Notes: generated from the sequence alone by a model not told the origin. A stretch of DNA of 64,000 bases from Polyangiaceae bacterium (GCA_965222375.1 CBDCTZ010000005.1:320001-384000), one strand, 5' to 3'. Numbered from the stretch's first letter, positions 36,078 to 46,382 are shown. Translations and numbers: made by a program.

Positions 36078-39000
36078 TCAGCTTGGGAGGGTTGCCGCGT
36101 AGTCTCGCAAGGCCCGCGGGCGCAGGAGCAATCCCTGCGCCGAACGCGTGAATCCGCGGCTCAGAAGCGCCGCGCCGAGTTGGCTTTCTGCAGCAGCCGC
36201 GCCATCGATGCGCTCGATCAGCATGCTCTTTCTGCCCTGGGCCAGGTCCCGGAGTGCGCCCGCTGCGGCGCGCAGGGCGACGCCGCGCTCGGGTTCGTTT
36301 TCTGGCAGGAAGCTCAGCACGCTCTTGTGTCCGCGCCCAAGGTAGAGCACCAGCCGACCATCGAGCAGTACGACCTGGGCTCCGGCGCAACGCATGGGTC
36401 GCTCCGGATGCGGCGGAAAGGCGAGCACGCCGCCGTAGGGATTCGCGGGATCCGTCGCTGCCAGGACGATCGGCGCCGCCTGCTCCCCTTCCCCGCGCAA
36501 GGCGCGTAGTCGGTCCTCTGCGCCAGGTCGTGCAAACTGCGTCGCGCCCAGGCCCGCAACGAAGTACCCACGTCGCGCCCGACCCGCTTCTTCCATGGCC
36601 TTCAGCACCGGATACAGCGAACTGAACCCGCCGCTGACCCCCTCGGAGCGCGCGGCCTCGCGAGGCAGTACACCCCATCGCTCCAACAGCGCGCTGCACA
36701 ACGCCGTTCGCCGCTCGGTCTCGTTGGCAGCGAGTGCCGGCAGCAGCACCCAGCGGCCCTCACTGCCTGGCAAGGTTTCCCGCCGGGAACGCCGCAAGCG
36801 CAGCCTCGAGCGTCGATCCTCTTTCGGACCGCGGAGCCGCGAGCGCAGCGCCTCGAGGCTGTCATTGCTGAGCTCTCCGGCCCAGACCATGTCCCACAGA
36901 GTTTCGAGTACCTCCGGAGCGAAGGCGCTCAGGGCGGCCAGGATGTCCTCGAAGAACAGCGCACCGCGCTGCTGCAACAACTCACGCACCCGGGCGGCCA
37001 GAGGCGTTGGAGCTGGCTCCACCGGGGGCGCGAGCAAGTCGTAGTGCTCCTTAGGGTAGAGCGCGATGCGGCCGTCGGAGGGCCCTAAGGGCTCGAGGCC
37101 TCGCCACAGCAACTCGCCTCGCGCGAACATCACGTCCAGCTCCGAGGGCGTGAAGCCAGCCACGCGCGCTGGGAGGATCCGGCGCTCGAGCTCGCTCGCC
37201 ACCAGGGGCGCTCCCTGCAGGCCGTCCAAGGCCCGATGTAGCCCATCGCGACTGGCATCCGGCGACGCAACGCCGTGCCATTCGCAGACAAAGCGCGCGT
37301 ACACCTCGGGCTCGACTGGCTCCACTTGTTTGCGCAGTCGGGACAGAGACTTGTTCTTGATCTGCCGCAGCACAGCAGTGCTGCACCACTCCCGCCCCAC
37401 GCCGTTGGGCAAGAACTCACCTTCCACCACGCGACCATCCGCCGCCAGCGCCTGCAGTGCGGCCAGCACCGGAGCCGTGCCGAGCCCGAGCCAAGAAGCG
37501 AGTTCTCCCAGGCTGAAGGGGCCGTGGGTGCGGGCGTAGCGGCTCACCAGATCTCCCAGAGGATCCGCAACCGCATCGGTGAACACCCGGGGGATGCCCA
37601 TGGGCAATGCAACCCCCAGGGCATCTCGAAGCCTACCGGCGTCCTCCATGGCGGCAATGCGTTCGGCTTGACCCAGCTTGCAGCGCAACGCGCGGCGCTC
37701 GACCAAAAGTTGTTCGACGAAGCCAGCGGTGTCGATCCCCTCGGGAGCGCGCACTTGGATCTCTGCAGCCGTCAGCGGCCCCAGCGCCAACAGCAGGTCA
37801 TGCACTCCGTCTGCGTCCTTGGCCGCAGCGTAGTGGAGGCGTCCCACGCTGGCGGCGACGCTCTCGATGACCTCGGGGTCGAATAGCTCTCGCAGCTCCG
37901 CTTCGCCGAGCAACTCTCGCAGCTGCGCCTGATCGAGAACCAGGGCCTGCGCACGACGCTCGGCCAACGGGGCATCGCCTTCGTACATGAAGTTGGCCAC
38001 GTAGCCGAAGAGTAAGTTTCGAGAGTAGGCCGAAGGACGATGGGTGTCGACGCCCGTGACTCTCACGTTGCGCCCCTGAACTCGCTCCAGAAGCGACACG
38101 AGGGCGGGCAGATCGAATACGTCCCGCAGGCACTCGCGATAGGTTTCGAGCAGGACCGGGAAGGACCCGTAGCGGGACGCGACCCGCAGAAGATCCGCAG
38201 AGCGCTTGCGCTGCGCCCACAGCGGGCTGCGCTTGCCTGGGAAGCGCTTGGGCAGCAGCAGCGCGCGCCCAGCGTTCTCGCGAAACCGCGCCGCGAACAG
38301 AGCGCTGTCACCCAAGCTACCCACCACCAAGCTCTCGACCTCGTCGGGGCTTGGCACGAACAGCTCCACGGGCGGCGGCTCATCGGCTTCCGGGAATCGG
38401 AACACCATGCCGTCGTCACTCCAGACCGACTCGACTTCCAACGACATCTCGCTACGGGCACGGGCTGAAACCGCGAGCGCCCACGGTGCGTGTACCCGCG
38501 CACCATAAGGGCTGTGCAAGCACACCCGAAAGTCCCCGATCTCGTCGACGAAGCGCTCCACTACGATCTCGCGATCCGACGGCACGACTCCGGTGTCCCC
38601 GGCCTGCTCTGCGAGCAGCGCGAGTAAGTTGTCGGCGGCCCGCGCATCGAAACCGTGCTCGCTGCCGAGGCGGGCACGCGCGGCCTCCGGAGCGTCACCG
38701 ACCAAACTACGCGCCAGCGCGCCCACGGCCTCGCCGAACTCTGCGGAACGACCGATCCGATCGCCATGCCAGAACGGCATTCGCCCTGGTTCGCCGGGGG
38801 CGGGGGTCACCACGACTCGATCGTGGGTGATGTCCTCGATGCGCCAAGAGGAGGCGCCCAAGACGAACACTTCGCCGGGACGCGATTCGAACACCATCTC
38901 TTCGTCGAGTTCACCGACGCGGACGTTTCGCTCGGGATCGGAAATGAACACGCCGTACAGTCCCCGATCCGGGATGGTGCCGGCGTTGACGACCGCCAAG

Positions 39001-40511
39001 CGCTTGGCCCCGCGCCGGGCGCGAACCTTTCCGCCCACCCGGTCCCAGGTCAGCCGTGGGCGCAGCTCGGCGAACTCGTCCGATGGGTAGCGCCCGGACA
39101 GCATATCCAGCACTCCGTCGAAACTCTCTCGGGGCAGTTCGGCAAAGGGGGCGGCTTGGCGCACCAAGTCGTAGAGGTCGTCGGTGCGGATCTCGTCCAT
39201 GGCGGCGACGGCGACGATTTGCTGAGCCAGTACGTCGAGGGGGTTGCGCGGGAAGCGCGTGGCTTCGATCTGGGCGCTGCTCATCCGCTTCACGACGGCG
39301 GCGGTGGCCAATAGATCCCCGCGATGCTTCGGTAGCAGCACGCCCTTGGAAGCCTGCCCCACCGAGTGCCCGGCGCGTCCGACACGCTGCATGCCGCTCG
39401 ACACACTCGGTGGCGACTCGATTTGGATCACCAGATCCACCGCGCCCATATCAATCCCGAGCTCGAGAGAGGACGTCGCAACAATCGCCGGCAGGCTCCC
39501 GGACTTGAGGCGATCTTCGATCACCGCTCGGCGTTCCTTGGAGACACTGCCGTGGTGCGCCAGAGCGATCTCTTCTTCTGCGACCTCGTTGATCTGGGCG
39601 GCCAAGCGCTCCGAGAGCCGACGGCTGTTCACGAAGACCATGGTCGAGCGGTGGGCTCGGATCTGTTCGACCAGGCGTGGGTAGATCGAGGGCCAGATGC
39701 TTCGCTCGGCTGCGCCGGGTCCCGTCTCGTCATCGCCAACCGCCGTCATGTCGTCGACGGTGACTTCCACGGAAAGCTCGAGGCTCTTGTGGGCTCCGCA
39801 ATCGATGATCGTGACTGGCCGCGGCACCAGCCGGTCCGCCTCAGGCTCCGCGCCGCCCAAGAGCCGAGCAATTTCGTCGAGGGGCCGCTGGGTCGCCGAA
39901 AGCCCGACGCGTTGCAAGGGTGGCCGCCCTGCCCTGAGTGTCTCCAGTCTCTCCAGTGACAGAAATAGATGCGCGCCGCGCTTGGTGCCAGAGAGCGAAT
40001 GGATTTCGTCGACGATGACCGTGTCCACGTGCACCAGGCGCTCCCGGGCCTCACTGGTCAAGAGCAGGAACAAGCTCTCGGGAGTCGTGATCAAGATGTC
40101 AGAGGGTGCGCGTGCGAAGCGGCTGCGCTCCTTGGCGGGGGTATCGCCGGTGCGCATGGCGACCTGCACCTCGCGGCAAGGCTGACCCGATGATTGTGCG
40201 GCCCGCGCGATGCCCGTGATCGGGCTGCGCAGATTTCGATCCACATCGTTGGCCAGTGCCTTGAGGGGAGACACATAAAGCACGCGCAAGCGCTGTTCCT
40301 TTTTCGGCTCCGGGCTGAACGCTAACCGATCGAGAGCGGCCAGAAAGGCAGCCAGCGTCTTACCCGAACCCGTGGGCGCGAGGAGCAGCGCGCTCTGTCC
40401 ATCGCGGATGGCGGGCCAGCCCTTCTGCTGCACCTCCGTGGGATTGCCCAGAGCGCTCGCGAACCAGTTTCGAACCGGCTGGTTGAATCCTCGCAGCGCG
40501 TCCCTGGGCAT
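36078..40511 (-). CDS. lhr: Lhr ATP-dependent helicase, full length with C-terminal winged-helix/glycosylase-like region
   Basis: APTGSGKT, SPLKAL, TTPESL, DEIH, SAT, HHGS, LELGID, QRVGRAGH, GTIPDRGLY, RGYFVAGLGATQFA, DPANPYG. Confidence 0.95.
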   Translation of the reverse strand: MPRDALRGFNQPVRNWFASALGNPTEVQQKGWPAIRDGQSALLLAPTGSGKTLAAFLAALDRLAFSPEPKKEQRLRVLYVSPLKALANDVDRNLRSPITGIARAAQSSGQPCREVQVAMRTGDTPAKERSRFARAPSDILITTPESLFLLLTSEARERLVHVDTVIVDEIHSLSGTKRGAHLFLSLERLETLRAGRPPLQRVGLSATQRPLDEIARLLGGAEPEADRLVPRPVTIIDCGAHKSLELSVEVTVDDMTAVGDDETGPGAAERSIWPSIYPRLVEQIRAHRSTMVFVNSRRLSERLAAQINEVAEEEIALAHHGSVSKERRAVIEDRLKSGSLPAIVATSSLELGIDMGAVDLVIQIESPPSVSSGMQRVGRAGHSVGQASKGVLLPKHRGDLLATAAVVKRMSSAQIEATRFPRNPLDVLAQQIVAVAAMDEIRTDDLYDLVRQAAPFAELPRESFDGVLDMLSGRYPSDEFAELRPRLTWDRVGGKVRARRGAKRLAVVNAGTIPDRGLYGVFISDPERNVRVGELDEEMVFESRPGEVFVLGASSWRIEDITHDRVVVTPAPGEPGRMPFWHGDRIGRSAEFGEAVGALARSLVGDAPEAARARLGSEHGFDARAADNLLALLAEQAGDTGVVPSDREIVVERFVDEIGDFRVCLHSPYGARVHAPWALAVSARARSEMSLEVESVWSDDGMVFRFPEADEPPPVELFVPSPDEVESLVVGSLGDSALFAARFRENAGRALLLPKRFPGKRSPLWAQRKRSADLLRVASRYGSFPVLLETYRECLRDVFDLPALVSLLERVQGRNVRVTGVDTHRPSAYSRNLLFGYVANFMYEGDAPLAERRAQALVLDQAQLRELLGEAELRELFDPEVIESVAASVGRLHYAAAKDADGVHDLLLALGPLTAAEIQVRAPEGIDTAGFVEQLLVERRALRCKLGQAERIAAMEDAGRLRDALGVALPMGIPRVFTDAVADPLGDLVSRYARTHGPFSLGELASWLGLGTAPVLAALQALAADGRVVEGEFLPNGVGREWCSTAVLRQIKNKSLSRLRKQVEPVEPEVYARFVCEWHGVASPDASRDGLHRALDGLQGAPLVASELERRILPARVAGFTPSELDVMFARGELLWRGLEPLGPSDGRIALYPKEHYDLLAPPVEPAPTPLAARVRELLQQRGALFFEDILAALSAFAPEVLETLWDMVWAGELSNDSLEALRSRLRGPKEDRRSRLRLRRSRRETLPGSEGRWVLLPALAANETERRTALCSALLERWGVLPREAARSEGVSGGFSSLYPVLKAMEEAGRARRGYFVAGLGATQFARPGAEDRLRALRGEGEQAAPIVLAATDPANPYGGVLAFPPHPERPMRCAGAQVVLLDGRLVLYLGRGHKSVLSFLPENEPERGVALRAAAGALRDLAQGRKSMLIERIDGAAAAESQLGAALLSRGFTRSAQGLLLRPRALRDYAATLPS

Positions 40512-40656
40512 CCGGGCAGTATAAGGCGCCGGGCGCTGGCGTCAGCCGCGCTGTGCGAGCCCGGGGCTAACCCCTGAAAACGGCTTCACAAAAGGACGCA
40601 GAGCCGACGCGCGGCCACCAGCCGCGTGCTTTTGCGCGGCTATTGGGGCCGAGGGG

Positions 40657-40986
40657 CTAACGCAGGTGGATTTCGAAGGGATCGTCGACAATCACGCGAT
40701 CGCCCTCGACCCGCACCTGAAACGTGCGCTGGTCGTCGCACAGGCCTTTGGGTGCCACCAAGGCACCTGTGGCCAGCTGGAAGATGTAGCCGTGCATGGG
40801 GCAGGAAATGCAGTCGTCTCGCACGCTGCCGTCCGACAGGCTGGCGCCAGCGTGGTTGCAGGCATCCTCGATCGCAAATACTTCGCCAGCTGTAAACACG
40901 ACGCAAACGTCGAAAGGCGGATACGGCATCCGCATGCGGCCCGCCGCCTTCAGCTCTTTCAAGGAAACTTCACCGACGCGTTTCAC
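40657..40986 (-). CDS. Rieske [2Fe-2S] ferredoxin
   Basis: CNH...CPMHG motifs. Confidence 0.9.
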   Translation of the reverse strand: MKRVGEVSLKELKAAGRMRMPYPPFDVCVVFTAGEVFAIEDACNHAGASLSDGSVRDDCISCPMHGYIFQLATGALVAPKGLCDDQRTFQVRVEGDRVIVDDPFEIHLR

Positions 40987-41160
40987 TGGGAGCAGCAGCC
41001 TACGACACCGAGCGTCGCTTCACGAAAACTCTGGCTGTTTGACGACCCAGTGGTCCGACCTCGGCTCAGCCGAAGCGGACGTGGGGCCGGATAGCCCGGA
41101 TTGCCCAACGGAGCTGCCAGTGGCAAGCTGCCACGCGCCACCGTGCCGAAGTGCTCCGAG

Positions 41161-42831
41161 CTACTTGGCCGAAGCGTCCCACTTTCCGCCGCCGGTATGG
41201 GCGAAGAAGTGGCCCCAGGTTCCGCTCAGGCTTCGACTGCTCGTACTTTGGCGAGTGAAGGCCGCGCGTCCAGAACCAGGCATCGGGGGATAGGTGATCC
41301 AGCCGCAGGAGAGCTGCAAGCCGCTCTTGTCCTTGGCGCAGTCCAGTCGCCCGGCAGCGCCCGATGTCGTCCGAAAGCTGCAGGTCACGGCGTTGCCGCT
41401 ATCCGAGCAGTTCATGGGACCGCGCGTGCTGGTGTAGCTACCCGCAAGAGACGTACTGGTGGCAGGGGGCGTGGTCGCTGGAGGCTTGCTGGTCGGAGGC
41501 TTGCTCGTTGGAGGCGGCTTGCTGGTCGGCGGAGGCGCACCCCCGGCGGGGACCAAGTCCCACTTGCCGCGACTGTTGGCGGAGAAGAAGTCACCATAGC
41601 TACCAGCAACCACGCCGTTGCTCTGACGCTGGAACAACGCGCGGCCCTGGCCACCACCGCTCCAACCACATTCCAGTTGGTGACCGCGGGCGGCACAGAG
41701 CATCGAACCGCCAGGGAAGCGACAGCTGACCGTAGATCCGCTCTGCGTGCAGCTCACGTTGCCACGCTGAGAGGTGTAGTTACCCGCATAGCTTGCGTTG
41801 GGTGCGGGTGGCTTGTTGGTCGTGGGTGGCGGGGGCGTCGTGGTCGGCGGTGTCGTGGTTGGCGGCGTTATCGAGGGCGCCCCACCACCGCCATACAGCT
41901 GAGCGATGGCAGCCTTGTCCAAGCTGGAGAGGCCCGCACGTTGACCGATGGGCGCGTTGGGCACTTTCGGCACGATGGTCGGCTTGCCATTCCGGCTAAA
42001 CGCCCTGCCGGAGTAGTGCATCACGCTGGAGTAATCGTAGATCCCGATGTCTTGCCCGCGACCGTCCCGCTTGCGAAACGCGGACTTGAACTGAGGAACA
42101 ATGTTGTCCCACATGATCGTGATGTGCTGGTCGCGATCGCCTCGCGATTGCTCGTGATAAAAGCCCGCAGCGTGCAAGATCTCGTGAATCACGCTGCCTT
42201 TCCCGCAGCCACCGACTTGAATGCCTTGCCCACCGCCGGTGCGGCCGAGGTAGGAACTGCAATCTCTGCCGGTGTCTCGAAACTTGACGTAGTCCTTGTC
42301 GGCGGACGTGCGGGGGCGGACCGTCAGCGCCGTCTCGTTCACCTGCGCGATAGCCCAATGGATGTACTCGACCTTCTTTGGCGAAACCGAGCTGTCGATG
42401 ATGTACGGGATCTCCGCGTTGGGCCACAGATGTGACTTGTCCTTCAGGGCCACTGCGCCCTTCATGTAGCCGGAGTTCACCCGCGGCATCCCATACGTGA
42501 AAGCCAGGGTCGCGGGCGGGCCGAGGATGATGTCGCCCTCCATCACCGCCTGGCCGTTGACGATCTCGTAGTTGACCAGCTGGCGAACCGGGCTCCCGGG
42601 TAAATACAATGGAGCGCTGCCCATTTGCCGCGGGGCGTTCGGCGCGTGGGTTTCAGCCGGCCCCTGGCCGCCCACGGGTTCTGGGCCCCGCATGGCGCCG
42701 GCCGGGCCCTGGTTTGGGTAGCGGGGCGAGCTACTGCGACCGGAACCGACCTCGCAGGCTGTGACGCCAACCACGAAAGAACCAAAGAACAGAATGAGTG
42801 CAACGCGGGACAGGGATGTTCTGGATTTCAT
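41161..42831 (-). CDS. Astacin (M12A) metalloprotease lipoprotein with two C-terminal beta-rich repeat domains
   Basis: Lipobox VTAC, prodomain EGDI, HEILHAAGFYHEQSRGDRD, Met-turn SVMHY, Pro/Thr linkers. Confidence 0.9.
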   Translation of the reverse strand: MKSRTSLSRVALILFFGSFVVGVTACEVGSGRSSSPRYPNQGPAGAMRGPEPVGGQGPAETHAPNAPRQMGSAPLYLPGSPVRQLVNYEIVNGQAVMEGDIILGPPATLAFTYGMPRVNSGYMKGAVALKDKSHLWPNAEIPYIIDSSVSPKKVEYIHWAIAQVNETALTVRPRTSADKDYVKFRDTGRDCSSYLGRTGGGQGIQVGGCGKGSVIHEILHAAGFYHEQSRGDRDQHITIMWDNIVPQFKSAFRKRDGRGQDIGIYDYSSVMHYSGRAFSRNGKPTIVPKVPNAPIGQRAGLSSLDKAAIAQLYGGGGAPSITPPTTTPPTTTPPPPTTNKPPAPNASYAGNYTSQRGNVSCTQSGSTVSCRFPGGSMLCAARGHQLECGWSGGGQGRALFQRQSNGVVAGSYGDFFSANSRGKWDLVPAGGAPPPTSKPPPTSKPPTSKPPATTPPATSTSLAGSYTSTRGPMNCSDSGNAVTCSFRTTSGAAGRLDCAKDKSGLQLSCGWITYPPMPGSGRAAFTRQSTSSRSLSGTWGHFFAHTGGGKWDASAK

Positions 42832-42938
42832 GCTTGGATCTTTCAATTATACGCGACAACCGAGGCGAACCTTCCGGCTTCTTGGACGGACAATCAAGCG
42901 CACTCCTTCAAAGGTAAGATGATGTAGGCTACCGGCGC

Positions 42939-43370
42939 ATGACAGCCACACCGCAATTCGCCTTTCTACTGGCCGCACTGACCGCCTGCTCCAAAACACC
43001 GCCGCCGGATCCCCCGCCAAGCCCGGAACCAGAAACGACGGTGGCGGCAAGCGCGAGCCCCGAACCCGCTGCTCCGGGCACGGCTGCCGAACCCGAAGCC
43101 GCCAGCTCCAACGTGACCATCAAGACCCTGTTCGTGGACGACAAGCTCGCGGATTGCCAGGGCGTCGGCGATCGCAAATGCATGCGTACACGAGAGTCTG
43201 CGGACGGAGAGTGGGAGTTCTTCTACGACGACATCGAAGGCTTCAAGTACGAGCCCAAGTACCAGTACGAATTGAAGGTCGAGGTCAAATCCGATCCCAA
43301 CCCGCCCGCTGATGGTTCCTCCCTGAAGTACCGCCTGCTCGAGGTCGTCTCCAAGAAGAAGAGTCCCTAG
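42939..43370 (+). CDS. DUF4377 family lipoprotein
   Basis: Lipobox LTAC; DCQGVG..KCM...WEFFY..IEGFKYE..Y.YELKV...PPADGSSLKY.L. Confidence 0.85.
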   Translation: MTATPQFAFLLAALTACSKTPPPDPPPSPEPETTVAASASPEPAAPGTAAEPEAASSNVTIKTLFVDDKLADCQGVGDRKCMRTRESADGEWEFFYDDIEGFKYEPKYQYELKVEVKSDPNPPADGSSLKYRLLEVVSKKKSP

Positions 43371-43384
43371 TGCCGCCCGGCTGG

Positions 43385-44023
43385 CTACTTCGCCAGTCGG
43401 TCTTTGACCAGCTCGCAGGTCTTCAAGCTGTAGTAGGCGTCGATCTTCGGATCCTCACCCTGCACCCGCCACGAATCCTGTTTGACGAACTTGCCCGTGT
43501 TGCGTGGGTCGAAGCGAATGCGCACGGTCTTGCTCCCAGTCAAACCTCGTTCCGCCAGAGATGCGGCCAGTTGCTTGATGCTGCAGCTGGGGGTCGGCGC
43601 GTAGAAATTCTTCCAGCGCTTCTTGGCGCGGATCTTCCCGCCGATCTTGACGTGGTTGGCTTGGAACTTGAACTCCTTGAGTGCGTCCTTGCGCTGCTTG
43701 GCCAGGGCCGACTGAGCGCGCTTCGGTGAGACAAACCGAACCTTCGCGGCGCCGGCGGACAGATCCACGGTTCCATCCCCGCGAACCGCGTTGAAGGACG
43801 CTTCCCAAAACGTCGCGTCCCGTTTCCATTTGCGCGCTCGCCCAGTGACCGACTGGATCATCGCATCTGCATCGGCGCTCTTCGGGTCGAGCCCCAACTC
43901 GGAGTATTCGATCTGCTTCTTCGACTTGCCGCCCCCGACGAACTTGCAGGCCAACAACACCATCCCCAGGAACATGACAGCACTCACCTGCCCGGCCCCA
44001 ACCCAGCTACGCGTTTTGTTCAT
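43385..44023 (-). CDS. Hypothetical basic lipoprotein
   Basis: Lipobox LLAC; Lys/Arg-rich mature region. Confidence 0.7.
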   Translation of the reverse strand: MNKTRSWVGAGQVSAVMFLGMVLLACKFVGGGKSKKQIEYSELGLDPKSADADAMIQSVTGRARKWKRDATFWEASFNAVRGDGTVDLSAGAAKVRFVSPKRAQSALAKQRKDALKEFKFQANHVKIGGKIRAKKRWKNFYAPTPSCSIKQLAASLAERGLTGSKTVRIRFDPRNTGKFVKQDSWRVQGEDPKIDAYYSLKTCELVKDRLAK

Positions 44024-44142
44024 TGGCTCCAGTATCGGTCAAGCCCCCACGGCGTGCTAGAGCGGACGGTGATCTGACTCTGAGCAGACTCTGACCACTT
44101 CTTGAGTGCGGTTTTTCAGACGACGCGACGCCGCGGAGTTTG

Positions 44143-44226
44143 TGCCACCCCCCGGACTCGAACCGGGACACCGTTGCCGGCACATGGACCTGAACCATGC
44201 GCGTCTGCCAATTCCGCCAGGGTGGC
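44143..44226 (-). tRNA. tRNA-Leu(CAG); CCA not encoded
   Basis: Acceptor stem GCCACCC/GGGTGGC, D-loop GGAATTGGCAGA, anticodon arm CATGG-TTCAGGT-CCATG, long variable arm, T arm CCCGG-TTCGAGT-CCGGG. The discriminator A is followed by CAA. Confidence 0.95.
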
Positions 44227-44496
44227 CTTCGGAAAGCGGGGATTTAGCTCAACCCACCCGAGCTTCGCAAGGGGTGTTTGGGGGTCGCGGCCTTTTGGCG
44301 TCGACGGGGCGCTACTCTCGAGCGCTCTCGCGCTGGCGCGCCGGGGGCGAAAAGGCGGGAGTAGTGCACCAACGCCGAGCAGTGACGCGACCCAACCCAA
44401 GCCATGCCTTGCTACGGCGGGTCTGCCCCGTGCCGGCGCGCTGTTCGTCGCCGCGCTCTGCTTGGCCGGTGCATCGGCCTATGTGACTGCCCGGGT

Positions 44497-44874
44497 TCAG
44501 TCTCTCAGCGGGCGGCCGTCGACGTCGGGCACCTGGCCCACCAGCATCAGGATCGAATCCACCGTCGGCCAGAGGCTTCCTAGACCGCAGGTGACCCAAG
44601 TCACGATGAACTGGGCGATGCCGATGCCGATGTGGCCGGTGTAGAAACGGCCGGCACCGAACGCGCCCAAGAAGAACTGCAATAGGAATGCGATCAACTT
44701 CTGCTTGTCTGAGTAAGGCAATCCAGTGGTCGGTTCGATGCCGTAGGGCGCACCCGGGCGCGGCCCGTAGGCGTTTTGGCCGCCGTAGGCTCCTGCTGCC
44801 GGTGGCAACTGTGGTCGAGCGTAGCCGGGCGGTTGAAAACCGCCGCCCTGGGGTGAATATGCGCCGCCTGCCAT
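44497..44874 (-). CDS. TM2 domain membrane protein
   Basis: SDKQKLIAFLLQFFLGAFGAGRFYTGH...W..VD.I...DVDGRPL, with a Pro/Gly/Tyr-rich N-terminus. Confidence 0.9.
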   Translation of the reverse strand: MAGGAYSPQGGGFQPPGYARPQLPPAAGAYGGQNAYGPRPGAPYGIEPTTGLPYSDKQKLIAFLLQFFLGAFGAGRFYTGHIGIGIAQFIVTWVTCGLGSLWPTVDSILMLVGQVPDVDGRPLRD

Positions 44875-44982
44875 CTGGATTCGCGCTGCAGTATACGTGA
44901 GCTGGAACCCTCGTCTTCTATTAGCTGAAGCGAGGCGAAACGACGCACGCCGCTCGCGCGTATCTGATGGAAATCACGCACT

Positions 44983-45315
44983 ATGACGCACTATTACGAC
45001 AGTCATGACCTAGGCCGATTCTCCGAAATCGGCAGAAACCGGCCCGACCTAGCAGAGAAGTTCTTCGACTGGTACGGCGAGGTCTTCAAGGACGGCGCTC
45101 TGACCGCGCGCGAAAAGGCTCTGATCGCCCTCGGCGTCGCTCACGCGGTGCAGTGCCCTTATTGCATCGACGCATACTCGACAGGCGCGCTAGAGAAAGG
45201 CGCGGACATGGACCAACTGACTGAAGCCGTGCACGTTGCGGCTGCGATCCGTGGTGGTGCGTCACTTGTGCACGGCGTTCAGATGCGCAATCGAGCGCAG
45301 AAGATCTCGATGTAA
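44983..45315 (+). CDS. AhpD/CMD-family protein associated with ArsS-type radical SAM enzymes
   Basis: HYY...DL..F, REKALIAL.VAHAVQCPYCIDAY, EAVHVAAAIRGGASLVHGVQM. Confidence 0.85.
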   Translation: MTHYYDSHDLGRFSEIGRNRPDLAEKFFDWYGEVFKDGALTAREKALIALGVAHAVQCPYCIDAYSTGALEKGADMDQLTEAVHVAAAIRGGASLVHGVQMRNRAQKISM

Positions 45316-45319
45316 ACTG

Positions 45320-46366
45320 ATGGCAATGTCGCTTCCCAGCCTGCAGGCCCGACGCTCGCCCTTAGCGTCCGTAGAGGCACAAAGAGCAGCGCTTCGCCGC
45401 TTACCCTTGGCGCGGGAGTTCGGCCAAGCACTCGACGCCGCAGAGCTGCACCCCCTGCGCCCAACCAAACTGGAGATCTTTCAGATCAACGTCGGCAGGC
45501 TCTGCAACCAAACCTGCCGCCACTGCCACGTGGACGCGGGACCCGATCGGACCGAGGTCATGTCGCGGGAAACGATGCAGCTGTGCCTGGATGCGCTCTC
45601 CAGGACCGAGATCCGCACGGTGGATATCACCGGCGGCGCTCCCGAACTGAACCCCAACTTCCGTTGGCTGGTGTCCGAGGTGAAGAAACTCGGGCGCCAC
45701 GTGCTGGATCGCTGCAACCTGACCATATTGCATAGCGGGCCGCATCGAGATCTGCCGGAGTTCTTCGCGAAGCACGGCGTGGAGGTCGTTTGCTCCCTGC
45801 CCCACTATCGCGAACCCAGTACCGATCGCCAGCGAGGCGACGGCGCGTTCGCAAAGAGCGTGGACGCGCTGAAGCGCTTGAACGAGGTTGGCTATGGCGA
45901 TGGCCGCTCGGGGCTGCGCTTGGTGCTGGTGGCCAACCCGGTGGGCGCGTTCTTGCCCGCAAACCAGGCCTCCTTGGAAGCTGAGTGGAAGACGGAGCTA
46001 CTCAGGTCTCACGGGATCGTATTCGACGCCCTATACACGATCACGAACATGCCCATCAGCCGCTACCTGGAGTGGCTGATCGACTCGGGCAACTTGCAGG
46101 AATACCTGGACCGCCTGGTCTCAGCATTCAATCCGGCCGCAGCCCGGGGCGTGATGTGCCGCAATACGCTCAGCGTGGGCTGGGATGGCACCCTCTACGA
46201 CTGCGATTTCAATCAGATGCTGGAGATGCCCGTGCACGGCGACGCCCCCCGCCACATCCGTGACTTCGATCTGGAGCAGCTGGAGCAGCGAGAGATCCTC
46301 GTCGACCGCCACTGCTTCGGTTGCACTGCCGGCGCAGGCTCGAGTTGCAGCGGCGCGACGACTTGA
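45320..46366 (+). CDS. arsS: Arsenosugar-biosynthesis-type radical SAM protein (ArsS / DUF3641)
   Basis: QINVGRLCNQTCRHCHVDAGPDR, DITGGAPELNP, SLPHY, TITNMPISR, MCRNTLSVGWDG.LYDCDFN, HCFGCTAGAGSSCSG. Confidence 0.85.
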   Translation: MAMSLPSLQARRSPLASVEAQRAALRRLPLAREFGQALDAAELHPLRPTKLEIFQINVGRLCNQTCRHCHVDAGPDRTEVMSRETMQLCLDALSRTEIRTVDITGGAPELNPNFRWLVSEVKKLGRHVLDRCNLTILHSGPHRDLPEFFAKHGVEVVCSLPHYREPSTDRQRGDGAFAKSVDALKRLNEVGYGDGRSGLRLVLVANPVGAFLPANQASLEAEWKTELLRSHGIVFDALYTITNMPISRYLEWLIDSGNLQEYLDRLVSAFNPAAARGVMCRNTLSVGWDGTLYDCDFNQMLEMPVHGDAPRHIRDFDLEQLEQREILVDRHCFGCTAGAGSSCSGATT

Positions 46367-46382
46367 ACCGGGCTCGTAACAG

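Noticed and set aside
604..40511. XPB-DUF790, TatD, DinB and Lhr as one DNA-repair or defence island
   Set aside because: Spread over 40 kb among unrelated genes on different strands. I saw no shared LexA-like box or island boundaries.
44030..44226. tRNA-Leu as the integration site of a genomic island
   Set aside because: No integrase in the window, and I did not notice a duplicated tRNA 3' end. This was not an exhaustive search.
46340..46366. Selenocysteine in the ArsS C-terminal motif
   Set aside because: The motif codon is TGC (Cys). The TGA comes after the complete motif and behaves as a normal stop.
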